A stretch of 32,000 nt of DNA from an uncultured archaeon (GTDB lineage: Archaea; Asgardarchaeota; Jordiarchaeia; Jordiarchaeales; Jordiarchaeaceae): contig CAZECW010000060.1 in the NCBI GenBank assembly GCA_964510585.1, positions 30,001 through 62,000 on the forward strand. The letters run 5' to 3'. Below the pieces are notes generated by a model. It was not told the origin of the DNA. It made no database searches and was given only the letters and a program-made list of their open reading frames with translations. Position 1 is the stretch's first letter. Each line of letters opens with the position of its first letter. The position numbers and the translations under genes were made by a program. This document shows, one piece after another, positions 17,825 to 26,493 of this stretch.

Positions 17825-18475
17825 GTGCCTAAATTGAGGAACGTAAAATACTGGTTAAAGTTACCCATACGCATCATTTTCAAACCAAGAACTACAATGC
17901 AAGAACTTAAACAAAGTGAACCAATAAAAATTCCAATAATGTATATGCTCACCCTAGGTTTAATTACCTCTATAATGGCCGCTATTCTAACGCAGTATGG
18001 CATATCCTACGTTGATCCCAGAAATTGTGGAGGCTCAGCTCAAATTCTGGCAGGCTGGGTAATTGCTCACTACGGCTGTACATGGCCAACTCTAAGCCAA
18101 ATCTTAGGATACATATTACTAAACGAGTTTGGATACTTTATCCTCACAGTTGCCTTCATACCCTTTACCGCTCCGCTTGCCCGCTGGCTGACACTGAGAA
18201 ACACCGTAGACGCTCCAAAATCAGTCCGTTATTATGTTCTCAAATGTGTACAGGCAATATGCTACGGTATGACGCCAGCATCAATATTTGGGTGGATACC
18301 CAACCCAGTTAGCATAATAGGACTATGGGCCTCAGTGTGGCAGCTATACGCATTAAAAATCTTCTATGATTTTAACTGGAAAAAGGCAATAATAGTATTC
18401 GCGGCAGGTTTTCTGGGCGTATTATTCCTCCGGGAAATAGCATCACTACCCTGGATCCTTGGAGTTATACGCTGA
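17825..18475 (+). CDS. YIP1 family membrane protein
   Basis: IIFKPRTTMQEL N-terminal motif, about 5 TM segments, Y.MTP..IFGWIP...W..W...ALK pattern of archaeal Yip1 proteins. Confidence 0.72.
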   Translation: MPKLRNVKYWLKLPIRIIFKPRTTMQELKQSEPIKIPIMYMLTLGLITSIMAAILTQYGISYVDPRNCGGSAQILAGWVIAHYGCTWPTLSQILGYILLNEFGYFILTVAFIPFTAPLARWLTLRNTVDAPKSVRYYVLKCVQAICYGMTPASIFGWIPNPVSIIGLWASVWQLYALKIFYDFNWKKAIIVFAAGFLGVLFLREIASLPWILGVIR

Positions 18476-18644
18476 AATTCTTATGAACACGACTTGCACA
18501 AATACTAATTATTTTATGGCAAGGTGAAGCCTTTTTGGGTTTTTGAAGGAATTCAGGGTTCATTCAGTTTGATAATAGATATATAAGAGAAGAGTTTAAA
18601 ATTAATCTTAATTTAGTAAAGCAAATTGAATGGAGGGATAAGAG

Positions 18645-19568
18645 TTGGAGTACGATAAGGAGTTGACTTCTGAAATTAAAAAGTTCCTTCTTGATCAGGG
18701 AGCCGACCTCGTAGGTATCGCCCCTATCTCTAGATTTGAAGAGTGCCCTAAGGAAACCCACCCCCAACATTACATGCCGGATGCAACATGCGTGATATCC
18801 TTCGGAATGAAGATAATGAACGGGGTGTGCGATGTCTGGGGGGAGTATAATCAGCCTCACAAGAGTATTGCTCCATATCTGTTCTACGGATATGGATTGT
18901 TAAACTTTGACATGTCTCGGATAGGGAATCTCGTAGCAAAACGGTTGTTAGAATTCAGGGGCTACAAGTCCCTCATGTTTCCCCCAACTTGGATGATATC
19001 CCAGTATCGATTCATTGAGAGGGTTTTAGAGCCTTATGTTACCTTTTTGGCGGACTTTTCTCATCGCCACGCTGCTGTGGCCGCAGGGTTGGGAGAGTTT
19101 GGGTTTAATGGGTTAGTTTTGGTTCCAAAATTTGGTGCCCGTGTACGCTTTAACTCAATTATTACTAATGCCCCCCTAATGCCTGATCCCATGTATGATG
19201 GCCCTAAGCTTTGTCAGCCGGAGAAATGTGATTATAAGTGTGTTAGGGATTGTCCAACTGAGGCTTTAACTCTTGATGAAACCTTTACAGTGAGAATTGG
19301 CGATAAACAGTATGTGTATTCCAAGCCCAATAAGGTGAGGTGCATCATGGGCATATATGCTATGGTGAGAGGAACAGGGGCCAGGACGAGAAAAAGGTTA
19401 CCGCCCCGGGAAAAGAAGGAGATCACTATTGAGGATTTTGTGCAGGGACGCAAGGGTATTGGGGCATTTGACCAACTTTTTCTGGAGGATTGTCGGGGTC
19501 TAATTTGTGGAGACTTCTGCGGAAAGTGTCTTCACGGCTGCCCCGCACACAAATTCTACAAGGAGTAA
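18645..19568 (+). CDS. QueG/reductive-dehalogenase-like cobalamin-dependent 2x[4Fe-4S] protein
   Basis: GADLVGIAP, FSHRHAAVAAGLGEFG, P.FG.RVRF.SIIT, CQPEKCDYKCVRDCP and CGDFCGKCLHGCP motifs. Confidence 0.85.
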   Translation: MEYDKELTSEIKKFLLDQGADLVGIAPISRFEECPKETHPQHYMPDATCVISFGMKIMNGVCDVWGEYNQPHKSIAPYLFYGYGLLNFDMSRIGNLVAKRLLEFRGYKSLMFPPTWMISQYRFIERVLEPYVTFLADFSHRHAAVAAGLGEFGFNGLVLVPKFGARVRFNSIITNAPLMPDPMYDGPKLCQPEKCDYKCVRDCPTEALTLDETFTVRIGDKQYVYSKPNKVRCIMGIYAMVRGTGARTRKRLPPREKKEITIEDFVQGRKGIGAFDQLFLEDCRGLICGDFCGKCLHGCPAHKFYKE

Positions 19569-19654
19569 CTCTTCCATTGTAACCTTTTATTTCTTTATTA
19601 TGCCCCATTTAGTTGAAATACTAGTTTTTGGTTATTGGGGATTGTGTTATATGT

Positions 19655-21121
19655 TTATGGTTTTAGGAAGCCTTTAATGTTGTCGCGGAGTGATGCCCAA
19701 AAGGTGTGTTTTGTTATTGGCTGATTGATGTTTTCAATGCGGTTTATTCTGTAGTATGCTGGGGGGTGTGGATCGAATGCTAGCCATTCTAGTCTTCTGT
19801 ATCTTCGATAAAACGGCTCTCTTTTGTAGATGGGGAGTAGTTTTTTGTAGGCTATTTTTTTCAACCCGCTGGCTAATGCTTTGGGGTTTCCAATGTACTT
19901 TACCGCGTCTAAATCGCAGCGGGCCTCGAAGACTTTTCCTATGCTGACAACGAGTGCGAGGAAGGCGATGAGATAGAGAAGAAAGCCGTTATATCCCAAC
20001 ACAGCTATGTAGGGGGCGAATATGTAAAAGCGGAGGAGAAACTCCAGAATGACTAACCCGAATAGGATTATGGGGTCATGGTTTTTCAAGTGGCTTAACT
20101 CGTGGCCTATGACACCTATTAGTTCTTCTTCTTCAAGTTGCTGCATTATACCGGTGGTTATGATTATGGCTCCCAGTCGTGGCGAAGGCCCCATAGCCGC
20201 GGCATTTGCCACCTCAGTATTTGCTATAACTATTTTGGGCATAGATAGTTTGAAAGCTTCAGCAGCTCTTTTAACAAGTTGCCAGACGTTCACCGTTTTT
20301 ACTGAAATCCTGTCTGGCTGGCAATCAATGCCGTAGTCAACAAATATTTTTTCCGCCAGTTCACATGTAACTTTCTTATGCTTTGAAACTATTTCCCTGT
20401 AGATTTTTTCTCTTATTTCGGGAATTTTACCTGCGTTTGTTTTCAAAAATTGTTCATATTCTCCCATAGTGAGACTATATTGTAAGAGAATAACTTCTGG
20501 TCGATCTTCGGTGATTACCCAGTCACCCCTAGCCGCTAACCTACCAGAAAAAAGAGCAAACAATAGAAGAACAATTCCCCAAAGTAACGGTCCATAATCT
20601 TGAAACACAATGAGGAAAGTGTAGCTCAAGAATATGAACATGAAAAATACGCCATACATGCTTCGGGAGAAGAAAATATCAACCCACCTATTAGCCCTGG
20701 GTGATTCGGGAACCATCTTCTCCCCCTGCACATATGCAAAGTAGAGGGACATACTGGCCATCTGTTCCTCAAAAACCTGAACCATTAGAAGTGTGTCTTC
20801 ATACAGCTCATCCAAAAAAGATTTAGGAATATCCGCGCTGCTGGTCCGCATAGTTAACTTAATGGGAATACCAGCCTCAAGTGTAACCTCGACATAATTT
20901 CCCGTTTTAGGTATGTAAACCTTGTAGGCCAAACAGTTCCTGCCACCCTCAGTGTACAACTCAACCTCCCTAAAGTTACGGTAACCCTTGTAACGAGAGA
21001 GATAATACTTTTGTAAAAACTCTGGAAGATAACTCACATTTGCTGGTACCAGCTCAGTATCGATAGTGTATTCTACCACGCTTAGTAAGTTACTCCTTTC
21101 TGTCAAAGCAATTCGCCTCAA
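19655..21121 (-). CDS. M48 (HtpX-like) zinc metalloprotease with long N-terminal extension
   Basis: ANAAAMG, IIITTG, L.EEEL.GVIGHELSH (HExxH), E..CDLDA, ALASGLKK and HPP...RI motifs. The true start may be a GTG about 30 nt inside the ORF-track start. Confidence 0.88.
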   Translation of the reverse strand: MRRIALTERSNLLSVVEYTIDTELVPANVSYLPEFLQKYYLSRYKGYRNFREVELYTEGGRNCLAYKVYIPKTGNYVEVTLEAGIPIKLTMRTSSADIPKSFLDELYEDTLLMVQVFEEQMASMSLYFAYVQGEKMVPESPRANRWVDIFFSRSMYGVFFMFIFLSYTFLIVFQDYGPLLWGIVLLLFALFSGRLAARGDWVITEDRPEVILLQYSLTMGEYEQFLKTNAGKIPEIREKIYREIVSKHKKVTCELAEKIFVDYGIDCQPDRISVKTVNVWQLVKRAAEAFKLSMPKIVIANTEVANAAAMGPSPRLGAIIITTGIMQQLEEEELIGVIGHELSHLKNHDPIILFGLVILEFLLRFYIFAPYIAVLGYNGFLLYLIAFLALVVSIGKVFEARCDLDAVKYIGNPKALASGLKKIAYKKLLPIYKREPFYRRYRRLEWLAFDPHPPAYYRINRIENINQPITKHTFWASLRDNIKGFLKP

Positions 21122-21416
21122 AAAGAAGGGTGAGTCCTCTCTAAAATAATTAGTGCTTGTAATCTAAGGATAAGTATGAGTATATATATTTCTTTCATAT
21201 TTACACTCCTCCGCGAAGGTTGGGGGGCTTATCCCGCCAACTCCTTTAGATAACATTTGATAAAGTTTTGCTGCAAACATTTCTATCCAGAAGTATACAC
21301 TTAGAACTATTCCCACTTTTAATCTATACTAGTAGAGCTTGTAACAACTTGAGCAAAAAAATTAATATATAGTGATTTTTAAAAAATTAGTTAAACATAT
21401 AAGGATATGAGTCTAA

Positions 21417-22463
21417 ATGATTAAAACCAAATTAACCGAAATGCTTGGAATAAAATATCCCATAATACAGGCTGGAATGGGGCCCCATAACACTACAAAT
21501 CTTGCGGCTGCCGTGGCAAATGCGGGTGGACTGGGACTTATATCTAGCATCGGGATGGGTTACTTGGCTTTTATGGATAAGCCCCTTTTTGGATTTACCG
21601 AAAAAACTCCTAGAGAACAGATGCTTCGCTCAATTGAAACTGTAAAAAACATGACCAAAAAAACTGGGGGTATATTCGGAATAAATGTGCCTGTGGCAGT
21701 CGAGTTTCAATCCATTTCGAAAGAACTCATAGAAGCAGGGCTTGAAGCTAGGGAAACCGATGAGGAAGTTAGAAGAAGAATGAAGGTCGTAGTAACCTCT
21801 GCAGGGAATCCAGAACCCTTTGTAGAGAGTATAAAAGAATCGGGAGCTTACCATTTTCATGTATGCCCCTCACCCTACCATGCGAAAAAAGTTGAAGGAT
21901 TTGGCACCGATGTGGTAATAGCCTCTGGCCATGAGGGTGGCGGTCACGTCGCACATGAACCAGTACATACAATGGTTCTACTTCCAGAAGTTGTAAAGAC
22001 TGTCAAAATCCCTGTAGTTGCAGCGGGAGGCATTTGTGATGGAGCAACACTTGCAGCTGCTTTGGCTCTGGGTGCAGTAGGTGTTCAGATGGGTACGCGT
22101 TTTATTGCAACCAAGGAGAGTGATTTCCATCAACCCTACAAGGATTATGTTGTGAATATTAAGGATGTTAGGGACACCGTTTTGGCTAAGGGTCTCTTTG
22201 GGAAAATTAGGTACATGAAGAATCCCGCCGCATTAAGACTTTTGCAGGCGGAGCAAAGGGGCGCATCAGAAACAGAGCTTTTCAATCTTGAAATGGTGGG
22301 ATTCGCAGCTATTGATAAAGGGGACATAGAGAACTCAGCTATGGCGGGGGGTGAAGTAGCAGGTAGAATTTCAGATATCCCTACAGTGAGGGAACTTATG
22401 GAGCGAATTGTTAATGAAGCAGAAGATATCATTAGAAACAGGTTACCAAAATTAATCGTCTAG
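21417..22463 (+). CDS. Nitronate monooxygenase / FabK-like FMN oxidoreductase
   Basis: LGIKYPIIQAGMG, V.NAGGLGLI, GHEGGGH, PVVAAGGI.DG and GVQMGTRFIATKES motifs. Confidence 0.9.
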   Translation: MIKTKLTEMLGIKYPIIQAGMGPHNTTNLAAAVANAGGLGLISSIGMGYLAFMDKPLFGFTEKTPREQMLRSIETVKNMTKKTGGIFGINVPVAVEFQSISKELIEAGLEARETDEEVRRRMKVVVTSAGNPEPFVESIKESGAYHFHVCPSPYHAKKVEGFGTDVVIASGHEGGGHVAHEPVHTMVLLPEVVKTVKIPVVAAGGICDGATLAAALALGAVGVQMGTRFIATKESDFHQPYKDYVVNIKDVRDTVLAKGLFGKIRYMKNPAALRLLQAEQRGASETELFNLEMVGFAAIDKGDIENSAMAGGEVAGRISDIPTVRELMERIVNEAEDIIRNRLPKLIV

Positions 22464-22665
22464 TCTGTTTATTTTTAATATGAGGAGGGAGTTTCGGGTA
22501 AAGCTTACTTGAAGGGGTGTTTACCGCACCCTCTTTGTTGGGCTGCCTTCATTCTTTATGTTTTTGTTTAAAGTAGCACTCTTTGGCTTCTTTGGTAAAA
22601 GGATCTGATTCTAAAAACTGTTATCCTCCAATGGAGTGTGTTTGTAGAAAGTCAAAAAAAGGAGT

Positions 22666-23526
22666 TTAGCTTTTTATATGTAGTATTTTTCTGGCTTCTT
22701 TGGGTGTTGCAATTTCTCTTCCTATGTCCTCGGCCATTCTTACGACTTTCTCTACAAATTGGGCATTGCTTTTTGCGAGTTCACCCTTTGAGATGTATAT
22801 GCTGTCCTCCATGCCCACGCGTACGTGTCCTCCTAGTACTATGGTAACTGCGGCTATGGGGAATGCGTATCTCCCCATTCCCGCCGCCTGCCAAGTGGAG
22901 TTTGGGGGGATGCTCTCCACTAGGTGTATTAGATTTTTGGGTGTGGGGAGAATGCATTGACCTGGAATTCCCATTACGAAGTTAAAGTGTAGGGGTTCTT
23001 TGAGTGCCCCAATTTCTTTTAGGAGCATGACGTTGTTTATGAAGCCAGTGTCGTAGATTTCGAGTTCAGGTTTTGTTCCGTTTTCAAGCATTGTTCGGGA
23101 TATGTACTCTAACTCGGAATAGTTTTGTTTTAAGACGAAGTCTCTTATCCATTTTCGTTCTTCAAAATCGTATCTTCCTGTTAGTCCTGCGCCCACGCTG
23201 AATGATGCTAATTCGGGTTTGAAGGTGGGTATTAGTTCCAGTCTCTTCTCTAAGGGTATTGTTGCCGCACCGCCAGTGGAAACGCATATGATGGCATCGC
23301 ACTTCTGTCTTATTCCTTCAATTATTTTTCCGAAAATCTTTACATCTGTGGTGGGTCTATTTTGTTCGTCTCTGGCATGAACATGTATAATTGAGGCGCC
23401 TGCCTCCCAGCATTCATAGGCCTGTTTAATTATTTCCTCCGGCTTCTCGGGAAGATTAGGGTTATCGGCTTTGGTGTGAAAGTTTCCAGTTAAGGCTACA
23501 CATATTATTAGCTTCTCCATCTTCAA
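22666..23526 (-). CDS. Beta-keto acid cleavage enzyme (BKACE, DUF849/Kce family)
   Basis: IICVALTG, NPNLP..PEEI, EAGASIIHVHARD (metal HxH), STGG, PELEIYD, GGHVRVGMED and REIATP.EAR motifs. Confidence 0.93.
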   Translation of the reverse strand: MKMEKLIICVALTGNFHTKADNPNLPEKPEEIIKQAYECWEAGASIIHVHARDEQNRPTTDVKIFGKIIEGIRQKCDAIICVSTGGAATIPLEKRLELIPTFKPELASFSVGAGLTGRYDFEERKWIRDFVLKQNYSELEYISRTMLENGTKPELEIYDTGFINNVMLLKEIGALKEPLHFNFVMGIPGQCILPTPKNLIHLVESIPPNSTWQAAGMGRYAFPIAAVTIVLGGHVRVGMEDSIYISKGELAKSNAQFVEKVVRMAEDIGREIATPKEARKILHIKS

Positions 23527-23542
23527 CCGCCCATTTTTTGTG

Positions 23543-24349
23543 CTATTTTGCTTTAAAGTCTGGTTTGCGTTTCTCTATAAAGGCTCTTATTCCTTCCTTT
23601 GCATCTTCGCTTTGCCTTAGGGGTTCTGCTAAGTACTGTTCCAAGAGGAGACCTTCTCTTAAGGGCATTTCCATACCTCGGAGAACCGCCTTCTTTATTG
23701 CCCTAACGGCTAGTGGGCCCTTCTCACATATTTCTTGGGCGGTTTCCATTGCGGTGGGCATTAGTTTTGGGAGGGGCACTACTTTGTTGACAAGGCCTAT
23801 TTGGAGCGCTTCTTGCGCGTTTATTCTTTTCGCCATCATCATCATTTCAAGGGCTTTGGCTATACCTATTATTCTGGGTAATCTTTGCGTTCCACCGGCT
23901 CCGGGTATTATTCCTAATTGTGCCTCTGTTAGGCCGAAAACCGCGTTTTCTGAAGCTATTCTGATGTCGCAGGCGAGTGCTATCTCCATTCCTCCAGCCA
24001 AACAATAACCATTTATTGCAGCAATTATGGGTTTCCATATCTCGAGGTTTCTTGTTATTCCTCCAAGTCCTGGTTCCTTTTCTGCAATTTCCAAGCGTTC
24101 AGCTGAACTGAACTTGGAATAGAATTCTCCAATTTTTCTCACATCAGCCCCAGCGCAGAAGGACTTGTCTCCTGCTCCAGTTATTATTGCCACCCAAAGA
24201 TTTGGATCGTCTCTGAAATCTATCCACGCTTTGTTTAGCTCTACGATAGCGTCTGGGTCTAGTGCGTTTCGAACTTCAGGGCGATTTATGGTTATTATGG
24301 CTATCCTATCCTTCTTTTCGTAAATTATACTCATGTTAAACACATCCAT
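23543..24349 (-). CDS. Enoyl-CoA hydratase (canonical crotonase, CaiD/EchA19-like)
   Basis: NRPEVRNAL, FCAGAD, both catalytic Glu present (GGMEI and GLTE), PGAGGTQRL and DAKEG..AF.EKRKP. Confidence 0.93.
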   Translation of the reverse strand: MDVFNMSIIYEKKDRIAIITINRPEVRNALDPDAIVELNKAWIDFRDDPNLWVAIITGAGDKSFCAGADVRKIGEFYSKFSSAERLEIAEKEPGLGGITRNLEIWKPIIAAINGYCLAGGMEIALACDIRIASENAVFGLTEAQLGIIPGAGGTQRLPRIIGIAKALEMMMMAKRINAQEALQIGLVNKVVPLPKLMPTAMETAQEICEKGPLAVRAIKKAVLRGMEMPLREGLLLEQYLAEPLRQSEDAKEGIRAFIEKRKPDFKAK

Positions 24350-24351
24350 CT

Positions 24352-24801
24352 TTAAATTGGCTTAAAATAATCAATGTCCAGAATATTTCCCTCTCGCTGA
24401 TCCTTGAATACTGCTTGCACACGCATACCGGGTTTAATCTTATCTAGGTCCACTTCTCCAAGGATGTGAACAATATTGGTGTCCGCTCCATCAAGTTTAA
24501 TGATGCCGTAGGCCAACGGTGGCTTCTTGGGCAGGTTGGGGCTGGAGCGATAAGTAACAGTGTAGGCAATCAAAGTGCCCTTGTCTCCAACCTCTACCCA
24601 TTCATTGGTCTCCGCCATACACTTCCCACAATATCTACGTGGAGGTACCAGAATTTGGCCGCATTTGGGACACTTAACTCCCATAATTCTCTTGTTATCC
24701 CTAAGCTCTATGAAGAACTTGCTAGCAACGCGCCCCACACTATAGCTGAAGGGCAAAACAATCCTTGTAGGTAGTATGACAGCGTCTTCCTTCTCACTCA
24801 T
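24352..24801 (-). CDS. DUF35 Zn-ribbon/OB-fold protein
   Basis: CPKC..PPR..CGKC Zn ribbon, GTL..YT, I.LDGADT.I.H and MRVQAVF. ATG start at 24801 (ORF track starts at 24813). Confidence 0.92.
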   Translation of the reverse strand: MSEKEDAVILPTRIVLPFSYSVGRVASKFFIELRDNKRIMGVKCPKCGQILVPPRRYCGKCMAETNEWVEVGDKGTLIAYTVTYRSSPNLPKKPPLAYGIIKLDGADTNIVHILGEVDLDKIKPGMRVQAVFKDQREGNILDIDYFKPI

Positions 24802-24809
24802 TTTTAGTC

Positions 24810-25304
24810 TCACTCCTCAATTGTTCTAAAGAAAATAATGTCCGTGATGTTTCCTTCAAGTTCTTCTCTCCAAACGGCTTGAACCCTCATTCCGATTCTC
24901 ATCTTGCTTAAATCATTCTCTTCCAGAAAGTAGTTGATTGTAGTATCTGCGCCGTCCAGTTGAATGAGAGCCATCCCGTAAGGCACTGGCCTAGGCTTCC
25001 CAGTTCTAGGGTCTACGAATGGCTGATAAACTACAGTGTAGGCTTTAACCGTCCCCTTATCGCTAATCTCAGACCACCCATCTATCTTCTTGTAACATTC
25101 GCCACAGATGAGGCGGGGGGGCAGATAAACCCGGCCGCAACTTGAACATTTGGCACCTAAAATCTTTCTCTCCTCTTTCCAAGCTCTATAAAATTTAGTA
25201 TAGTAACTACCTCCAGACCAGCGGTACTCAAGATTCATATTTATGGAAACCCTAAGAAGATCCTTCTCTTCTTTTACTTCTTCCTTACCTTCACCCTTAG
25301 ACAT
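24810..25304 (-). CDS. DUF35 Zn-ribbon/OB-fold protein (second paralog)
   Basis: CSSC..PPR..CGEC, GTV.AYT, I.LDGADT and MRVQAVW. Confidence 0.92.
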   Translation of the reverse strand: MSKGEGKEEVKEEKDLLRVSINMNLEYRWSGGSYYTKFYRAWKEERKILGAKCSSCGRVYLPPRLICGECYKKIDGWSEISDKGTVKAYTVVYQPFVDPRTGKPRPVPYGMALIQLDGADTTINYFLEENDLSKMRIGMRVQAVWREELEGNITDIIFFRTIEE

Positions 25305-25316
25305 ATTTTTTGCCTC

Positions 25317-26474
25317 CTATAAATGGCTTGATAAAACCATCATATCACACCAAGTGTAAACACCGTATCCGTGAACTAGGACTGTTTCAACATCAGGCAC
25401 CTGCCTCTTACCACCCTTTCCATGAATCTGCAACGCTCCCTCCGCAGCCCTGATAACTCCTGAAGCACCCACAGGATTTGTGGATAGAACTCCCCCGGAA
25501 GGGTTTACGGGGAGCTCACCGTCCATTGAGGTAACGCCCTCATCCACTAGTTTGCCAGCTTCCCCTTCCTTACAGAATCCCATAGCTTCGTACCATGCCA
25601 TCTCAGCATAAGAAACTGGCTCGTATATCTCAGCAACGTCGAATTGTTTCAGAGGGTTAGTTATGCCTAACTTTTTATAGATTATATTGCAGCACTCGCG
25701 GATGGTTCTTATGGTGGCCAATCTGTTTATGTGATCCCCTAAATAGGGGGTATCGTGTCTGGTAACCGCAGCTTTAACCCAAGCGGGGTTTTCACAAAGT
25801 TCTTTTGCCTTCTTCTCGGAAGCATAAATAATTGCGCAGGCGCCGTCGGACTGTGGACACATATCAAACAAATGAATGGGATAAGCTATGTACCTTGAGT
25901 TCAAAACTTTTTCAACGGTTAAATCGGGAATGTGAAGGTGGGCATAGGGATTGTTCAAAGCGTTCTTCCTAGCTTTAACAGCAACTTTGGCAGCTTGCTC
26001 CTGTGTAACTCCCCTAGAAGCCATATATTCTGTTATGGAAAGTGCGAAGTTTCCAGGCGCAGCGGAGGCCACTGGTCTATCCCAGAAGGGATCGGCAAGA
26101 GCCATACCGGCAAATGTGTGGCCGTCAGAGTGTTTTTCGAATCCCACAACCATCACAATATCAAAGAGCCCCGATGCAGTAGTGTAATATCCGGCTATGG
26201 CTGCAGAGGAGCCTGAAGTGCCCCCAGTAGCAATCTTTAACTGGTGTTTCAGGTAGGCGCCAGCCCCTTCCGCAACCCACATGTCTGGAAGAGCTCTACC
26301 CTCAAATAGCTCCATATTATCTGTTATCACCGCATCTATATCCTTTATCTCTAATTGAGCATCTTCTAGGGCTCTACTTGCAGCTTCGAATACCATTTCT
26401 GCTTGATTAGCATCATTCCTTTTACTTACATGCTTGGTTTGGCCCGTTCCAATAATGGCTACATTTCTCTTCAT
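25317..26474 (-). CDS. Thiolase-fold protein, Ltp3-like (probable aldolase subunit)
   Basis: IIGTGQTK, FEG, NPYAHL..PD.TVEKV, CPQSDGACA, AEIYEP and VNPSGGVLSTNPVGASG..R.AE motifs. No nucleophile Cys (ATGGTSG) and GHP His replaced by Asn. Confidence 0.85.
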   Translation of the reverse strand: MKRNVAIIGTGQTKHVSKRNDANQAEMVFEAASRALEDAQLEIKDIDAVITDNMELFEGRALPDMWVAEGAGAYLKHQLKIATGGTSGSSAAIAGYYTTASGLFDIVMVVGFEKHSDGHTFAGMALADPFWDRPVASAAPGNFALSITEYMASRGVTQEQAAKVAVKARKNALNNPYAHLHIPDLTVEKVLNSRYIAYPIHLFDMCPQSDGACAIIYASEKKAKELCENPAWVKAAVTRHDTPYLGDHINRLATIRTIRECCNIIYKKLGITNPLKQFDVAEIYEPVSYAEMAWYEAMGFCKEGEAGKLVDEGVTSMDGELPVNPSGGVLSTNPVGASGVIRAAEGALQIHGKGGKRQVPDVETVLVHGYGVYTWCDMMVLSSHL

Positions 26475-26493
26475 TTAAGGGACACCTCCTCAA

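Noticed and set aside
18645-19568. Respiratory reductive dehalogenase RdhA
   Set aside because: No twin-arginine signal, no adjacent rdhB and too short, so it is kept only as QueG/RdhA-like.
22464-22665. Small ORF or structured RNA between the convergent NMO-like and BKACE genes
   Set aside because: Only very short ORFs and a weak GGGTG/CACCC stem, best explained as terminator sequence.
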